Positions 20,694-30,693 are shown, counted from the first letter of the stretch. The stretch: DNA of 64,000 bases from Bdellovibrio sp. (GCA_036677065.1 JAKFBS010000001.1:256001-320000), one strand, 5' to 3'. Notes: generated by a model not told the origin, from the letters alone. Numbers and translations are program-made.

Positions 20694-21476
20694 TTAAGTA
20701 GATTCGTTTTTAGCACCAGTTCCTAAAAACGGTTTAATTAAATCCATCGGAAACGGAACAATAATCGTTGATGTGCGTTCGTTGGTCATTTCAATCATGG
20801 ATTGCAGATAGCGTAACTGTAGTGAGACCGAATTTTTTGATAACACGTCGGCAGCTTCTGAAATTTTTTGGCTGGCTTGCATTTCGCCTTCAGCAGAGAT
20901 GACTTTGGCCCGACGTTCACGCTCTGCTTCGGCTTGTCTGGCCATCGCTCTTTGCATTTCATTCGGAAGATCTACGCCCTTAATTTCTACGTGACTGACT
21001 TTCACGCCCCAAGGATCTGTTTGCGCATCTAAAATTTCTTGCAAGTTTTTATTCAAACGTTCGCGTTCGCTCAGTACGGTATCTAAATCTACCTGGCCTA
21101 AGACTGAGCGTAGCGTGGTTTGTGCTAATTGCGAAGTAGCTACAAAATAATCTTCGACTTCGATGGTTGAACGTATAGGTTCGACCACTCTGAAAAACAC
21201 GACGGCATTCACTTTCATGGTGACGTTATCTTTGGTGATAATGTCTTGCGGTTGTACATCCATTGTTACGGTTCGTAAATCTACGCGCACCATTTTATCA
21301 ATCACCGGAATAAGAATGATCAAGCCAGGCCCTTTGGCGCCGATGATGCGCCCGAGACGAAAAATAACACCACGTTCATACTCTTTAAGGATGCGGATAG
21401 CCTGAACTAAAAACCATCCAATCGCTATCGCGATTAATAACATTCCCGAGGGTATTGATAGCCCGAAATCTTCCAT
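20694..21476 (-). CDS. SPFH/stomatin (slipin) family protein
   Basis: [46 protein letters not shown]. Confidence 0.93.
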   Translation of the reverse strand: MEDFGLSIPSGMLLIAIAIGWFLVQAIRILKEYERGVIFRLGRIIGAKGPGLIILIPVIDKMVRVDLRTVTMDVQPQDIITKDNVTMKVNAVVFFRVVEPIRSTIEVEDYFVATSQLAQTTLRSVLGQVDLDTVLSERERLNKNLQEILDAQTDPWGVKVSHVEIKGVDLPNEMQRAMARQAEAERERRAKVISAEGEMQASQKISEAADVLSKNSVSLQLRYLQSMIEMTNERTSTIIVPFPMDLIKPFLGTGAKNEST

Positions 21477-21481
21477 GTTAA

Positions 21482-22792
21482 CTACTCCTTATCTCGAACT
21501 ACATCGAGAGTTAAACCGTGCATGTCGCGTACGACAACGGCATCATTTTCATTTAAGCGATCCTTTGAAACGAATTTCCATAATTCACCGTGAATTAATA
21601 TTTGTCCGGATTTGCCATCGGCATCCAAATTTTTAACTTGTCCTTTACGGCCTTGAACGCCGGCAATACCACCACGATCTAGTAATGCTTTCTCAGATTG
21701 TTTTTTAAGGCGTGAAACTAAATAGCCCATCAGCAAGGTTGCAAATAACGAAACACTGCCGATGATGGCGATGAGCCAACGGCTGATTCTTAAATCGGTG
21801 GCTGCAGGATCAACAACCCATAAAAGCCCAAAAACCAAAGCAATGCTTCCGCCAAAAGCGAGAACGCCTCCAGAGCCCACAAAAATTTCGGCAATAATTA
21901 AAGCGGCACCAAGCCCTAAAAGAATGAGTCCGCCAAGATGTATAGGTATAGATTGAAAAGCAATAAAGGCGACGATCAAACACAGTCCACCTAGAATTCC
22001 ACCTAATCCTAAACCGGGGGCTGACAGTTCGGCATAAATCAGCAAGATGCCAACCGACATCAAGATTGCAGCGACATTCGGATGCGCTAAATAATTTAGA
22101 ACTTGTTCGCCTAAAGTCATTTCAACAGCATGAAGTGTTGGCGCAGGATCGGTGTTTAACGTGATGTTCGTTTGCCCGATAAGAACACGTCGTTGATGAA
22201 TGGATTGCCATAGGGTTTTTTGCTCAGGGGCGATCACATCAATTAACTTAATTTTTAAAGCTTCTTCAGCAGTGAAGCTGTTACTTTTAGTCACGACTTC
22301 GCCGGCGGCTGTGATATTTCGTTTTCGTAATTCAGCCATAGACCTGGCAAAGGCCGCAATATCGTTGACGGCTTTTTCGGCCATGATGCCCTTGATATCT
22401 TCGCCCTGAGCCCCCACAGGATGAGCGGCGCCAATGTTGGTTCCGGGTGCCATTGCTGCTATGTGCGATGAAATCATTAACAGCGCACCTGCAGATGTAG
22501 CAGCGGCTCCGGCTGGAGCTGTGTAAACAATCACAGGAATTTTTGCGTTTTGAATACTTTGCGCCATTTCGCGTACGCTTGAAACAAGACCACCTGGAGT
22601 ATCAAGTTCAATTAGTAAAAAATCGGCTTTAGCAGCTTCGGCTTTTTCTATAGCTCGCGCCATGTAGCGCGCTACTGCAGGGTTAATCGTGCCACGAATT
22701 TTAATATGATAAGAAACTGATGCCAATGCATTAACAGAAGTGAAAAAAACAATCGCGAAAAAAACGAAGCGTAAAAATTTTGGCATAATCAT
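21482..22792 (-). CDS. nfeD: NfeD-family membrane-bound serine protease (long form)
   Basis: [26 protein letters not shown] region, C-terminal GELWK OB fold; upstream of stomatin. Confidence 0.9.
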   Translation of the reverse strand: MIMPKFLRFVFFAIVFFTSVNALASVSYHIKIRGTINPAVARYMARAIEKAEAAKADFLLIELDTPGGLVSSVREMAQSIQNAKIPVIVYTAPAGAAATSAGALLMISSHIAAMAPGTNIGAAHPVGAQGEDIKGIMAEKAVNDIAAFARSMAELRKRNITAAGEVVTKSNSFTAEEALKIKLIDVIAPEQKTLWQSIHQRRVLIGQTNITLNTDPAPTLHAVEMTLGEQVLNYLAHPNVAAILMSVGILLIYAELSAPGLGLGGILGGLCLIVAFIAFQSIPIHLGGLILLGLGAALIIAEIFVGSGGVLAFGGSIALVFGLLWVVDPAATDLRISRWLIAIIGSVSLFATLLMGYLVSRLKKQSEKALLDRGGIAGVQGRKGQVKNLDADGKSGQILIHGELWKFVSKDRLNENDAVVVRDMHGLTLDVVRDKE

Positions 22793-22802
22793 TCTCGTAG
22801 AG

Positions 22803-22818
22803 AGCAATGCCTATGCCA
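22803..22818 (-). promoter_or_regulatory. Sigma-54 promoter of nfeD-stomatin
   Basis: TGGCATAGGCATTGCT, near consensus; predicted +1 falls on ATG22792. Confidence 0.7.
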
Positions 22819-22845
22819 CGGGGCAAACTACCTCGAAAATTAGAA

Positions 22846-23259
22846 TTAATCTTTTAATTCAACACACGACATTTGAAGTGCATCTTTGCGAAATTCTGAT
22901 TCTGGAAATTGGCCAGAAAAAATTCCTAAACCTTCGATGGGTAATATGCTCATCACAAGTTGTTCGTTCATGTCGGCATGGTCTAATTGAACTGCGTCTA
23001 CTTGTGGATTTAGATTTACATTAGCATTTACTGCAGAACGTTTTTCTAAAAGGCCTTGTGAACCCATTGTCCATAAAGACACTTCGGCGATTGTGCCTGC
23101 AACATCGCGCACGCGAATTTCAAAAAGCTCGTCGATGTGTGCCGGTGAATAGCAGTTAAATTCACGAGCTCTTTCATCGCCTCCACTTGAAATAGGGCCG
23201 GCTACTGCCATTGCAGATAATAGGGTCATTGCGATAGTGATCATTAGTGTAAGTTTCAT
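22846..23259 (-). CDS. Small secreted hypothetical protein
   Basis: Signal peptide from ATG23259 after AAGGAG; mature N-terminus GPISSGG; divergent from the TIGR02147 gene. Confidence 0.7.
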   Translation of the reverse strand: MKLTLMITIAMTLLSAMAVAGPISSGGDERAREFNCYSPAHIDELFEIRVRDVAGTIAEVSLWTMGSQGLLEKRSAVNANVNLNPQVDAVQLDHADMNEQLVMSILPIEGLGIFSGQFPESEFRKDALQMSCVELKD

Positions 23260-23376
23260 AACTTGTTCTCCTTGTAGCCGATCTTGTAACAAAAAAGCAA
23301 ATTTACTTCAGCATGAATTAAATAATCAAAATAATTGAGTTTGATTATTTAACATAAACGATATAGAAACCTCGCC

Positions 23377-24177
23377 ATGACAGATTTATTCAAATTTAAC
23401 GACTATAAAGACTATTTAAAACAATTGGTTAAAATTAACGAAGATATACGGGGCTATCAGGCGCGCCTGGCACGTGAAGCCAGTTGCCAGCCTTCATACC
23501 TTTCACAGGTGTTAACAGCTAATGCTGATTTAACCACAGACCATGCTTTAAACCTTTCAACATTTTTAGGGTTTGATGACCTTGAAAAAGAATATCTTTT
23601 AACTTTGATAATGTTGGCTAAGGCCGCGTCGGTAAAAAATAAACGCTATTTTGAAAAAAAGTTATCTCAGCTACGCAAACAACATTCCAGCCTGACTAAA
23701 AGAATTAACTCTGATGAAGAGTACGCAAAAGACGTTGAACTTATATACCATAGCAGTTGGGTCTATGCTGCGGTTCATGTGGCGACCAGTATTCAGGGGC
23801 AAACGGCAATAGCTATCGCTGAAAAACTGCGCCTAACTGTAGGTGAAGTTTTAAGTGTTTTAAAAATTTTGGCGGGATACGGTTTAGTAAAAAGCGATGG
23901 TGATAAATGGATTTATGTCACAGGTTCGACGCATCTTCCGGATGAATCCTATATGACAATGGTGAATCATTCGAACTGGCGCCTAAAATCAGTGAGCAAC
24001 ATTCCTCAACGTAATGAAAACGATCTGCGTTACACCTCTGTATTTACAATGTCGCAAGAAGATGCGGATAAATTAAAAGAAGAAATGTTGAAAGTGATAA
24101 AACAGTGGCGCGGCAAGATCGCTCCTTCACAACCTGAAGTAACGATGGCGATCTTGTGCGATTTTTTTGAAGTTTAA
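23377..24177 (+). CDS. TIGR02147/DUF4423 family putative transcriptional regulator
   Basis: F..DYKDYL, HTH-like PSYLSQVL, YHSSWVYAAVH, HSNWRLK, C-terminal CDFFEV. Confidence 0.85.
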   Translation: MTDLFKFNDYKDYLKQLVKINEDIRGYQARLAREASCQPSYLSQVLTANADLTTDHALNLSTFLGFDDLEKEYLLTLIMLAKAASVKNKRYFEKKLSQLRKQHSSLTKRINSDEEYAKDVELIYHSSWVYAAVHVATSIQGQTAIAIAEKLRLTVGEVLSVLKILAGYGLVKSDGDKWIYVTGSTHLPDESYMTMVNHSNWRLKSVSNIPQRNENDLRYTSVFTMSQEDADKLKEEMLKVIKQWRGKIAPSQPEVTMAILCDFFEV

Positions 24178-24178
24178 T
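24145..24178 (+). repeat. Direct repeat copy 1 (3' end of the TIGR02147 gene)
   Basis: ATGGCGATCTTGTGCGATTTTTTTGAAGTTTAAT. Confidence 0.85.
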
Positions 24179-24221
24179 GATTTCAAGCGATTGACTGAAC
24201 TTCGCTTTACCTTAGGCCAAA

Positions 24222-24890
24222 TTACATGTGGACTCTAACATCATTGGTGACTTTTCGAACTCCAGGAGTTCCCCACGCAGCCCATTCAGCTTCGTGTTTT
24301 TCAGACCAAGAATGGACTTCTCCTGAAAGTTTTACGGCACCATCTGAAATTGAAACTATAATTTTTTTGGCGTCTTCTCTAGCTGATCGAAGAAGAGCTT
24401 GTTCAATTTTGTTTTTAACTTCTTCGGCTTTGACATCTGGCTTGATGGCAAGTTGTTTTAAAGCAAGCTCATTCGTAATTCCTCGAACTCCGGGAATATT
24501 TCTAAGTGCAGTTTCAACTGTATTTTTTTGATAAGACCATTCCACATCGCCTTTCAGAGTGATCCATCCATTTTCAACATGGACTTTGATTTTATCTGAA
24601 GGAACCCAGACATTCCATTTAAGCGTATTTGTAGCTGCCGCAGCAATATCGGTATCGTCTCTTTTCAAGCTGCCCGGAAGCTTAACATCAATCTTATTAA
24701 CTATTGCTGCAACGCCCGCAACGCGTTCCGCGGCTTCTTCTGCAGCGAATTTTTCAGCAAAATTTGGAATAGAGCCACTCAGAGTGATAATGCCATTATC
24801 AGCACTAACACCGATGTCTCCTTCGTTAATGCGTGGATCCCAACGAAGTTCTTCGTAAACATCTTTTTGCAGTCGAGAATTTGATTTCAT
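24222..24890 (-). CDS. OsmY-like protein with three BON domains
   Basis: Three BON repeats (G.ITLSG / G.ITLKG / G.VKLSG); ATG24890 after AAGGAG. Confidence 0.9.
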   Translation of the reverse strand: MKSNSRLQKDVYEELRWDPRINEGDIGVSADNGIITLSGSIPNFAEKFAAEEAAERVAGVAAIVNKIDVKLPGSLKRDDTDIAAAATNTLKWNVWVPSDKIKVHVENGWITLKGDVEWSYQKNTVETALRNIPGVRGITNELALKQLAIKPDVKAEEVKNKIEQALLRSAREDAKKIIVSISDGAVKLSGEVHSWSEKHEAEWAAWGTPGVRKVTNDVRVHM

Positions 24891-24921
24891 AGTTAACTCC
24901 TTATGTGTGTGTTGTTGATCG

Positions 24922-26073
24922 TCAAACTTGGTGTTCATGACGAGTTTTTAATGACCATGGACTTGGCGCTGCTGAATATGATTCTGCTGTCAGCTGCTTA
25001 AGTTCAAAAGCTTCAATTAAATCTAATGTTTTAATGATGCCAACCAGCTGATGATTTTGGGTAATTGGAACTCCGCCAGCTGATGAGGATAGAGCTATCT
25101 GCCAAACCTCATCTAGCGAGTCATTGGCGTCAATGGCTTTTGGAATTTGAACAGCAATATCCCTTACAAGAGTTTCATTCCATAAACTCTTTGGCACTGC
25201 TTTGATATTTTCGTGGCTTATAATGGCTCGATTTCCATCAGCATTCACCGGTAGCAAAAGATGTTTAGATGTTTTCATTTCTTTGACTGCTTGAGAAAGT
25301 GTATCGGTGGCTGAGATTCCAGAAATGGGAGTCATGATATCTTTTGCTTTCATGTTCTTCAGAATTGTTTGCCCCCACAACATAAAGAGTTCACTCTTTG
25401 AGGCTGCGTAAATAAAAAATGCGATGAGTACAAGCAACACATTAAACTGAAAAAAACCAATGATTCCAAAAATCCATGCGAAAACGTGGCTCACCTGCAC
25501 GGCAATCTGAGTTCCTCGTAAACGCCCAAGTCGTGTCACTAGAAATGCACGCAAAATGCGACCACCATCCGTTGGAAACGCAGGCAGCAAATTAAAAATT
25601 CCAAGAACAAGGTTGGTTCGTCCCACCCAGAAACCAAAGAACGCAAGATCCGCCGAAGTGGTCACTGATCGCATCCAGAATAACAGTCCTGCAATAACTA
25701 AACTGACAATCGGACCGATGATGGCCACTTTAAATTCTGAGGCTGGCTCTTCTGGAAGTTTTTCCATTTGCGAAACGCCTCCAAGCATCATGAGAGTGAT
25801 GTCTCTGACGCGAAATCCTTTAGCTTGTGCTACAAGGACGTGGCTAAATTCGTGAAGAAAAATCGAGACAATCAACGACGCACAAAAAATAAGAGCCCAT
25901 ATTAATGGTGATCCAGTCAGTTGATTTCGATCAATACCTGATGTCTCAACAACAAATGGAAAAGAAGCTGTTGCTACCATAATTACATACAACAACAAAA
26001 AGAGAAGACTCACGTGGACCTTAACGGCCACTCCCTTTAAAGTAAAAATTGTCCAACCTGAAATGCGTTCCAT
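24922..26073 (-). CDS. Site-2 protease, M50 family, with CBS domains
   Basis: HEFSH, FNLLPAFPTDGGR, C-terminal CBS pair. Confidence 0.9.
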   Translation of the reverse strand: MERISGWTIFTLKGVAVKVHVSLLFLLLYVIMVATASFPFVVETSGIDRNQLTGSPLIWALIFCASLIVSIFLHEFSHVLVAQAKGFRVRDITLMMLGGVSQMEKLPEEPASEFKVAIIGPIVSLVIAGLLFWMRSVTTSADLAFFGFWVGRTNLVLGIFNLLPAFPTDGGRILRAFLVTRLGRLRGTQIAVQVSHVFAWIFGIIGFFQFNVLLVLIAFFIYAASKSELFMLWGQTILKNMKAKDIMTPISGISATDTLSQAVKEMKTSKHLLLPVNADGNRAIISHENIKAVPKSLWNETLVRDIAVQIPKAIDANDSLDEVWQIALSSSAGGVPITQNHQLVGIIKTLDLIEAFELKQLTAESYSAAPSPWSLKTRHEHQV

Positions 26074-26086
26074 GATTAATGTTCCT

Positions 26087-26263
26087 TTATTTCTTTAGCC
26101 GTTTATTTTTGAATTGTTCAAATTCAATTGAGCCTGGTTCTTCGGTTCGAGGGTTGGGCATTTCAATATCATTTAAACCAGGAGTGTCTGTTGGATTTGG
26201 CGAAATTTCGCCGGGAATTTTGATTGGATTAATTAATTTTTTATTCTTTATTTTATTTTTCAT
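26087..26263 (-). CDS. 58-aa Pro/Lys-rich small protein, not in the ORF track
   Basis: MKNKIKNKKLINPIKIPGEISPNPTDTPG...KRLKK*; fills the operon gap; AAAAGG upstream. Confidence 0.55.
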   Translation of the reverse strand: MKNKIKNKKLINPIKIPGEISPNPTDTPGLNDIEMPNPRTEEPGSIEFEQFKNKRLKK

Positions 26264-26279
26264 AATAAACCTTTTGATT

Positions 26280-26948
26280 CTAAACTAAACTCTGGTTGGC
26301 CATGTTGGATCGCTTAAGTAGCTTCAAAACGTCCTCGTCTGAGAGTTGAGTGAAATCACGATAAAATTGTCCAACGCCCAAAAAAAGATTCGGTTCACTG
26401 AGACAAATTACCTGATCAACGTGATCTCTCAGTCTTTCAGCCGTTCTTTCAGAACAAACTGGAATCGCTAAGATAACCTTTGCCGCACCATTGGCTTTGG
26501 CAAAGTGAGCGCCCACACGAGCTGTAACTCCGGTGGCAAGACCATCATCCACTAAGATCACAGTCCTTCCATTTAACGCGGGTAAAGCGCGGCCGCTTCG
26601 ATAAGTAGCAACTCGTCTTTTAATTTCTTTTGTTTCATTTTTTATGACCTGATCAATTTGATTTTTTGTTATTTCAGAAAGGCCGACAGCTTCGGGATCC
26701 ATCCAATAAAAACCATCTTCGGTGATGGCACCAATACCGTATTCGGGTTGTAAGGGGTGGCCGATTTTTCTTACGATGAGCACATCAAAAGGAATTCCAG
26801 TTTTTTGTGAAATTTCGTAAGCCACCGGAACTCCGCCTCTAGGAAGGGCAAGAATGATCGCGTTTTTTAGATCCTTTTTCGAAAGAAAATTTAAATGCGC
26901 AGATAGTAATATTCCAGCTTCTTTTCTGTTTTCAAAAACTTGATTCAT
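26280..26948 (-). CDS. Phosphoribosyltransferase family protein
   Basis: LALPRGGVPV, VRKIGHP..PE, ILVDDGLATG, VGQFYRDF. Confidence 0.9.
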   Translation of the reverse strand: MNQVFENRKEAGILLSAHLNFLSKKDLKNAIILALPRGGVPVAYEISQKTGIPFDVLIVRKIGHPLQPEYGIGAITEDGFYWMDPEAVGLSEITKNQIDQVIKNETKEIKRRVATYRSGRALPALNGRTVILVDDGLATGVTARVGAHFAKANGAAKVILAIPVCSERTAERLRDHVDQVICLSEPNLFLGVGQFYRDFTQLSDEDVLKLLKRSNMANQSLV

Positions 26949-27903
26949 AAAAAACCTCTTTTGATTCTTTTAACTTCAGAAAATTTTCTAATTCTTGTCG
27001 CAGAGGAAGTCCGCTTTGTGCACCAATCGCCTTCGTTTTTAGAGCAGCAGCGGCACTTGCCAATTTTGCAGCCTCGCTTAATGGCTTGTCCTTAGACAAA
27101 TAGGTTGCGAGTGCTCCTAAAAAAGCATCTCCTGCACCTGTGGCATCAACTGCGTTGATCTTGAATCTGGGTAAAAAGATCTCTTCATCAGAATTTAGAA
27201 CAAGATCACCTTCGTCGCCCGCTTGTACAATCGCAGTTTTTACACCCAGAGATAACAACTGCTTTGCCGCCTTCTTTGCTGATTTGCGGTCAATGACTTT
27301 AATACCGGTAAGAGTTTCTGCCTCATTTGCGTTGGGCTTAATGATTTTCACCATTTTAAGAAGATCAGCAGAAAGTGGAACAGCCGGAGCAGGGTCTAAG
27401 ATAACAAAAACTTTAGCTTCACTTGCTATTTCGATTGCAGCTTTGACACTTTCAAGCGGAATTTCCAATTGAATAAGAAGAATCTTGCATGATCGGATCA
27501 AAGAAGAAAAATGATGTATGTCAGAAGGAGAGAAATTCTTATTTGCTCCGGGAGCGACAGTTATTTGTTTTTCTCCATTTTCACCAACTGATATCAGCGC
27601 AACTCCGGTCGGCGTATGATTGTCATAAAGAAGATTTTTTGTATTGATACCTTCATGCTTTAACTTTTCAGTAATGAATTGTGCCCGTTGATCCATCCCA
27701 AGTTTTGCAATAAGACCAACGTTTGCACCAAGGCGAGCGGCCGCAACGGCTTGATTAGTAGCTTTTCCGCCAACACTTTCATGATAAAAACCTCCCTGAA
27801 CAGTTTCGCCGGGACGAGGAAGTTTTTTTGACCAAATAAGATAGTCTGTATTAGCGCCGCCAATAACTAAGACATCAAATTTTACGTTATCAAAATCTGT
27901 CAT
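26932..27903 (-). CDS. rbsK: Ribokinase (PfkB family)
   Basis: GGKATNQAVAAARLG, QLEIP, DPAPA, PNANEA, DATGAGDAF. Confidence 0.85.
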   Translation of the reverse strand: MTDFDNVKFDVLVIGGANTDYLIWSKKLPRPGETVQGGFYHESVGGKATNQAVAAARLGANVGLIAKLGMDQRAQFITEKLKHEGINTKNLLYDNHTPTGVALISVGENGEKQITVAPGANKNFSPSDIHHFSSLIRSCKILLIQLEIPLESVKAAIEIASEAKVFVILDPAPAVPLSADLLKMVKIIKPNANEAETLTGIKVIDRKSAKKAAKQLLSLGVKTAIVQAGDEGDLVLNSDEEIFLPRFKINAVDATGAGDAFLGALATYLSKDKPLSEAAKLASAAAALKTKAIGAQSGLPLRQELENFLKLKESKEVFYESSF

Positions 27904-27923
27904 CTTCTATTCCTCGCAAGTTA

Positions 27924-28403
27924 TTAGTGAGAGGCATGTTGAGCCCGTGTACGAGCGGCCTTTTGTGCCGCCGCCTTAAGCGCTCGTGGACCTTTTGTTT
28001 TTACTGCCTTAATAGCCGCTTGCTGACGAGCCTGAGGTCCGCGTTTTTTAGCAGCGGCTTTTGCCTGTTTTGAAAGGCTTTCATGAGATACAGAAGAACG
28101 CGGTTCTTTTTTTAAAACATTAAGAATGGCCTGAGATCTTCGTCTGGATGGTTTTTTGCGTCCATTTATACTATCAGAAGTTAATGCATGCTTTTTGCCG
28201 TTGGGGCGAGGTGGTAGCTTTACTCCGGCCCGTCTTGCTTTTGATAAGCCAATAGCAATTGCTTGCTTAGCAGATCTGGCTCCGTGTTTTCCTTTGCGGA
28301 TGTCTTCGATTTCTTCTCGTACAAATTCTCCAGCCTGAGTGGATGGTGATCTTCCAGCTCTTTTTTTTGCCTGAGCACGTTTAATGGTTCTTTTTTCAGG
28401 CAT
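27924..28403 (-). CDS. Highly basic DUF6496-like protein (putative nucleic-acid binding)
   Basis: STQAGEFVREEI...HGARSAKQAIAIGLSKARRAG; Lys/Arg/Ala-rich. Confidence 0.75.
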   Translation of the reverse strand: MPEKRTIKRAQAKKRAGRSPSTQAGEFVREEIEDIRKGKHGARSAKQAIAIGLSKARRAGVKLPPRPNGKKHALTSDSINGRKKPSRRRSQAILNVLKKEPRSSVSHESLSKQAKAAAKKRGPQARQQAAIKAVKTKGPRALKAAAQKAARTRAQHASH

Positions 28404-28421
28404 GAAGCCTCCTATAAGTTT

Positions 28422-29045
28422 TCACATATTCAAATGTTCTTGGTCCATAATTTGAGAATTTGTTTTTTCTAGCGATACTGGAATGATCTCTCGAACATTT
28501 TCTCTAAGCAGACCCTTAATTTTACGCATTTCATTTTCTCCCATATGGTTCACCATGATTTTAAATATGGAATGGGTAAATTTCTGGATCGTTTTGTTAT
28601 CAAATTTAAGATTCGTCGACCCAAGCTCGCAGCGGATGAGCTCATAAAATTCTGTCGGCGTATTTACCTGGTAAGTTTGATTGTTTTTTGGAACCCAGCC
28701 GTCATAGTAAATTCCCTTTAATATTAAAGGCAGTTGGGCGCCTAACTGTACAGTACTGTGATAAGGTAGAAGATCACGTAGAGTATGAATTGTAGCACGA
28801 TATGCCGACAAAGCTCGTTCGCGGTTATCCCAATCCATAATTTTCATAAGTTCCAAAAGCCAAGTATTCAGCTTATGAACGGCTTCATCAATATTTCTTG
28901 TTCCCGTGATTGATGCTCGTATGCGGTTCTGCGCATTGATACGTCTTGTATCCTTTACGCCATCTTTTATTCGATGTGCGCGCTTTGTTGGATGATCTGA
29001 CTTAATTTTTTTCTTATTAAGTGCGGCGGATTTTTTCTGTGGCAT
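28422..29045 (-). CDS. DUF2267 family protein with basic N-terminal extension
   Basis: A..A.RATIHTLRD.L, LGAQLP..LKGIYYDGW. Confidence 0.8.
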   Translation of the reverse strand: MPQKKSAALNKKKIKSDHPTKRAHRIKDGVKDTRRINAQNRIRASITGTRNIDEAVHKLNTWLLELMKIMDWDNRERALSAYRATIHTLRDLLPYHSTVQLGAQLPLILKGIYYDGWVPKNNQTYQVNTPTEFYELIRCELGSTNLKFDNKTIQKFTHSIFKIMVNHMGENEMRKIKGLLRENVREIIPVSLEKTNSQIMDQEHLNM

Positions 29046-29096
29046 ATTTTCACCCGACTATTAGGCCTTCGCTGTTAGTGTTATGAAAAGCAGTAA

Positions 29097-29112
29097 AGCA
29101 GTTAACGTGCCA
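29097..29112 (-). promoter_or_regulatory. Sigma-54 promoter of the DUF2267-to-BON operon
   Basis: TGGCACGTTAACTGCT with a perfect -24 element. Confidence 0.75.
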
Positions 29113-29235
29113 AAATTTAATTTTAACGGTGGTTCAAAATTGCAAGGCGCAGCGGCTAAGGAATTATACCCTGTTATCTTGAAAAAGGCGGGCAGATGCG
29201 GAGCGAAAGCGTGTTTTTGTAAACAGCTGATTTTT

Positions 29236-29433
29236 TTACTTCATCGGTGGTGGTACAACGGGCTGGTCTAAAACTGAAGTATCCGCATTTCTTTCAGAAT
29301 TAAAAACCAATGGATATACAATAACTGTCAGCAAATAGATCGCAATTATCGCCAATCCAATAAATGCAATTATTTTACCTGAAAAGTAGGTGTGGTTTTT
29401 TGTCGGTGGGTGAGCCGCGCTTTTGCTAGACAT
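29236..29433 (-). CDS. Small single-TM membrane protein
   Basis: One hydrophobic helix; GAGGT RBS. Confidence 0.55.
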   Translation of the reverse strand: MSSKSAAHPPTKNHTYFSGKIIAFIGLAIIAIYLLTVIVYPLVFNSERNADTSVLDQPVVPPPMK

Positions 29434-29502
29434 AGTTACCTCTGAGTTAAGCTTGTCAGTTATTGCAAAATTTATTCTCGAAGGTTCATGAGGTATTTTG
29501 CC

Positions 29503-30582
29503 TTACTGGCAAGCAGCCCAAGCTTCGACTTGGGTTCGCACAGAGCGTTCAATCATAATACCGTTGGTGTATGTACCAAGGTTGCCTTTTCTTGCAACAA
29601 TAGCGATGTAATTGTTGCTGCGATCCCAATAAGGATAAGCGCCATAGGCCCCTGGACTCGATATTCTACTGCCAGCCGTGCAATTGTAGGTTGCACTTTC
29701 GCATTCATGCCATAAGCCATATCCGTAATGCCAATCTTCATTTAAACCTGTCATCGCCGGAGAATAAGCCATAGTCGCTGTGGCTGTGTAATCAGCCAGA
29801 AGTAAATTCATCGACGCTGAATTTAATAACTGACCGGCTTTCAGAGCTTTTAAAAAATCTAAATATTCTTCAGCTGTCCAGTGCATTCCGCCAGCCAGAC
29901 GTGGATTACTTGCAGAAGGTAAATCGTATGTCGCGGTAGAAAAAAGACCGGTCTGAGTTTTAAATTCAGTGAAAACATCTTGCCATGAAGCCACGTTTCT
30001 AGCTTTGATCGCCATCATTCCAGCGACTTGTAAATGGGTTCCGCCGTAATAAAATCTTGCACCAGGAGTTACTCCGTTACTGGCATTGGCTGTGCCGACG
30101 TTATTCACGCAGACGGTAAAACTGGTGGCTCCAGAATTTAAACATGCAGGTTCGCTTTCAAGCCCTGATGTAAAACTTAAAAGCTGAGACAAAGTCATCG
30201 TGTATAAAGAATCGGTGTTAGTGATCGGCCAAGTTGTAATGTGATCTTGGGGGCGATCGGTTAAAGCTAAGTAGCCTTGCTCGATAAGTCGTAAAATAAT
30301 CACGGCAGTCACTAGTTTTGATGTCGAAGCTGATTCGTATGATGTTTGTAAAGTCGAACTTCCGCGTTCATATTCAAAACGTCGACCATCAGATCTTTCG
30401 GCAGCAAAAGAAAAATCAACTTCTGAAGAAGCTGCGGCTAATGCGGCTGTGAGTGCTGATTCTGCCTGGTTTAAAGAAGAACAAGCCGCAGGCGTTACGA
30501 TATCTGATTCTGCCGTTTTGTTAATGCAGGAAACACTTACAAATATAAAAAAAGCTAGAATGTAGATTTTCATCAGTATCAT
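29503..30582 (-). CDS. Serine hydrolase, beta-lactamase class C-like family, probable lipoprotein
   Basis: SASTSK (SxxK), LLSFTSGL, FYYGG, YGYGLW, SPGAYG; SVSC lipobox. Confidence 0.8.
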   Translation of the reverse strand: MILMKIYILAFFIFVSVSCINKTAESDIVTPAACSSLNQAESALTAALAAASSEVDFSFAAERSDGRRFEYERGSSTLQTSYESASTSKLVTAVIILRLIEQGYLALTDRPQDHITTWPITNTDSLYTMTLSQLLSFTSGLESEPACLNSGATSFTVCVNNVGTANASNGVTPGARFYYGGTHLQVAGMMAIKARNVASWQDVFTEFKTQTGLFSTATYDLPSASNPRLAGGMHWTAEEYLDFLKALKAGQLLNSASMNLLLADYTATATMAYSPAMTGLNEDWHYGYGLWHECESATYNCTAGSRISSPGAYGAYPYWDRSNNYIAIVARKGNLGTYTNGIMIERSVRTQVEAWAACQ

Positions 30583-30641
30583 TCTAGCAAATATTTTTTT
30601 ATTAAAGCTATTGTTTATTCAAATTAACAGTTTGAACAGTT

Positions 30642-30693
30642 AAGTAACGGATGAATCTTACATGACGATCTTGTGCGATTTTTTTGAAGTTTA
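30642..30693 (+). pseudogene. Direct repeat copy 2: mosaic remnant of the TIGR02147 gene 3' region
   Basis: 30662-30693 matches 24145-24176 at 31/32; 30648-30669 matches 23939-23960 at 19/22, all three differences synonymous. Confidence 0.8.

Noticed and set aside
20522..20716. 64-aa minus-strand ORF
   Set aside because: Antisense shadow of the tRNA and its terminator.
29503..30582. True AmpC beta-lactamase resistance gene
   Set aside because: SxxK is present but YxN and KTG are not canonical (YGG, SPG); better called a serine hydrolase of unknown substrate.
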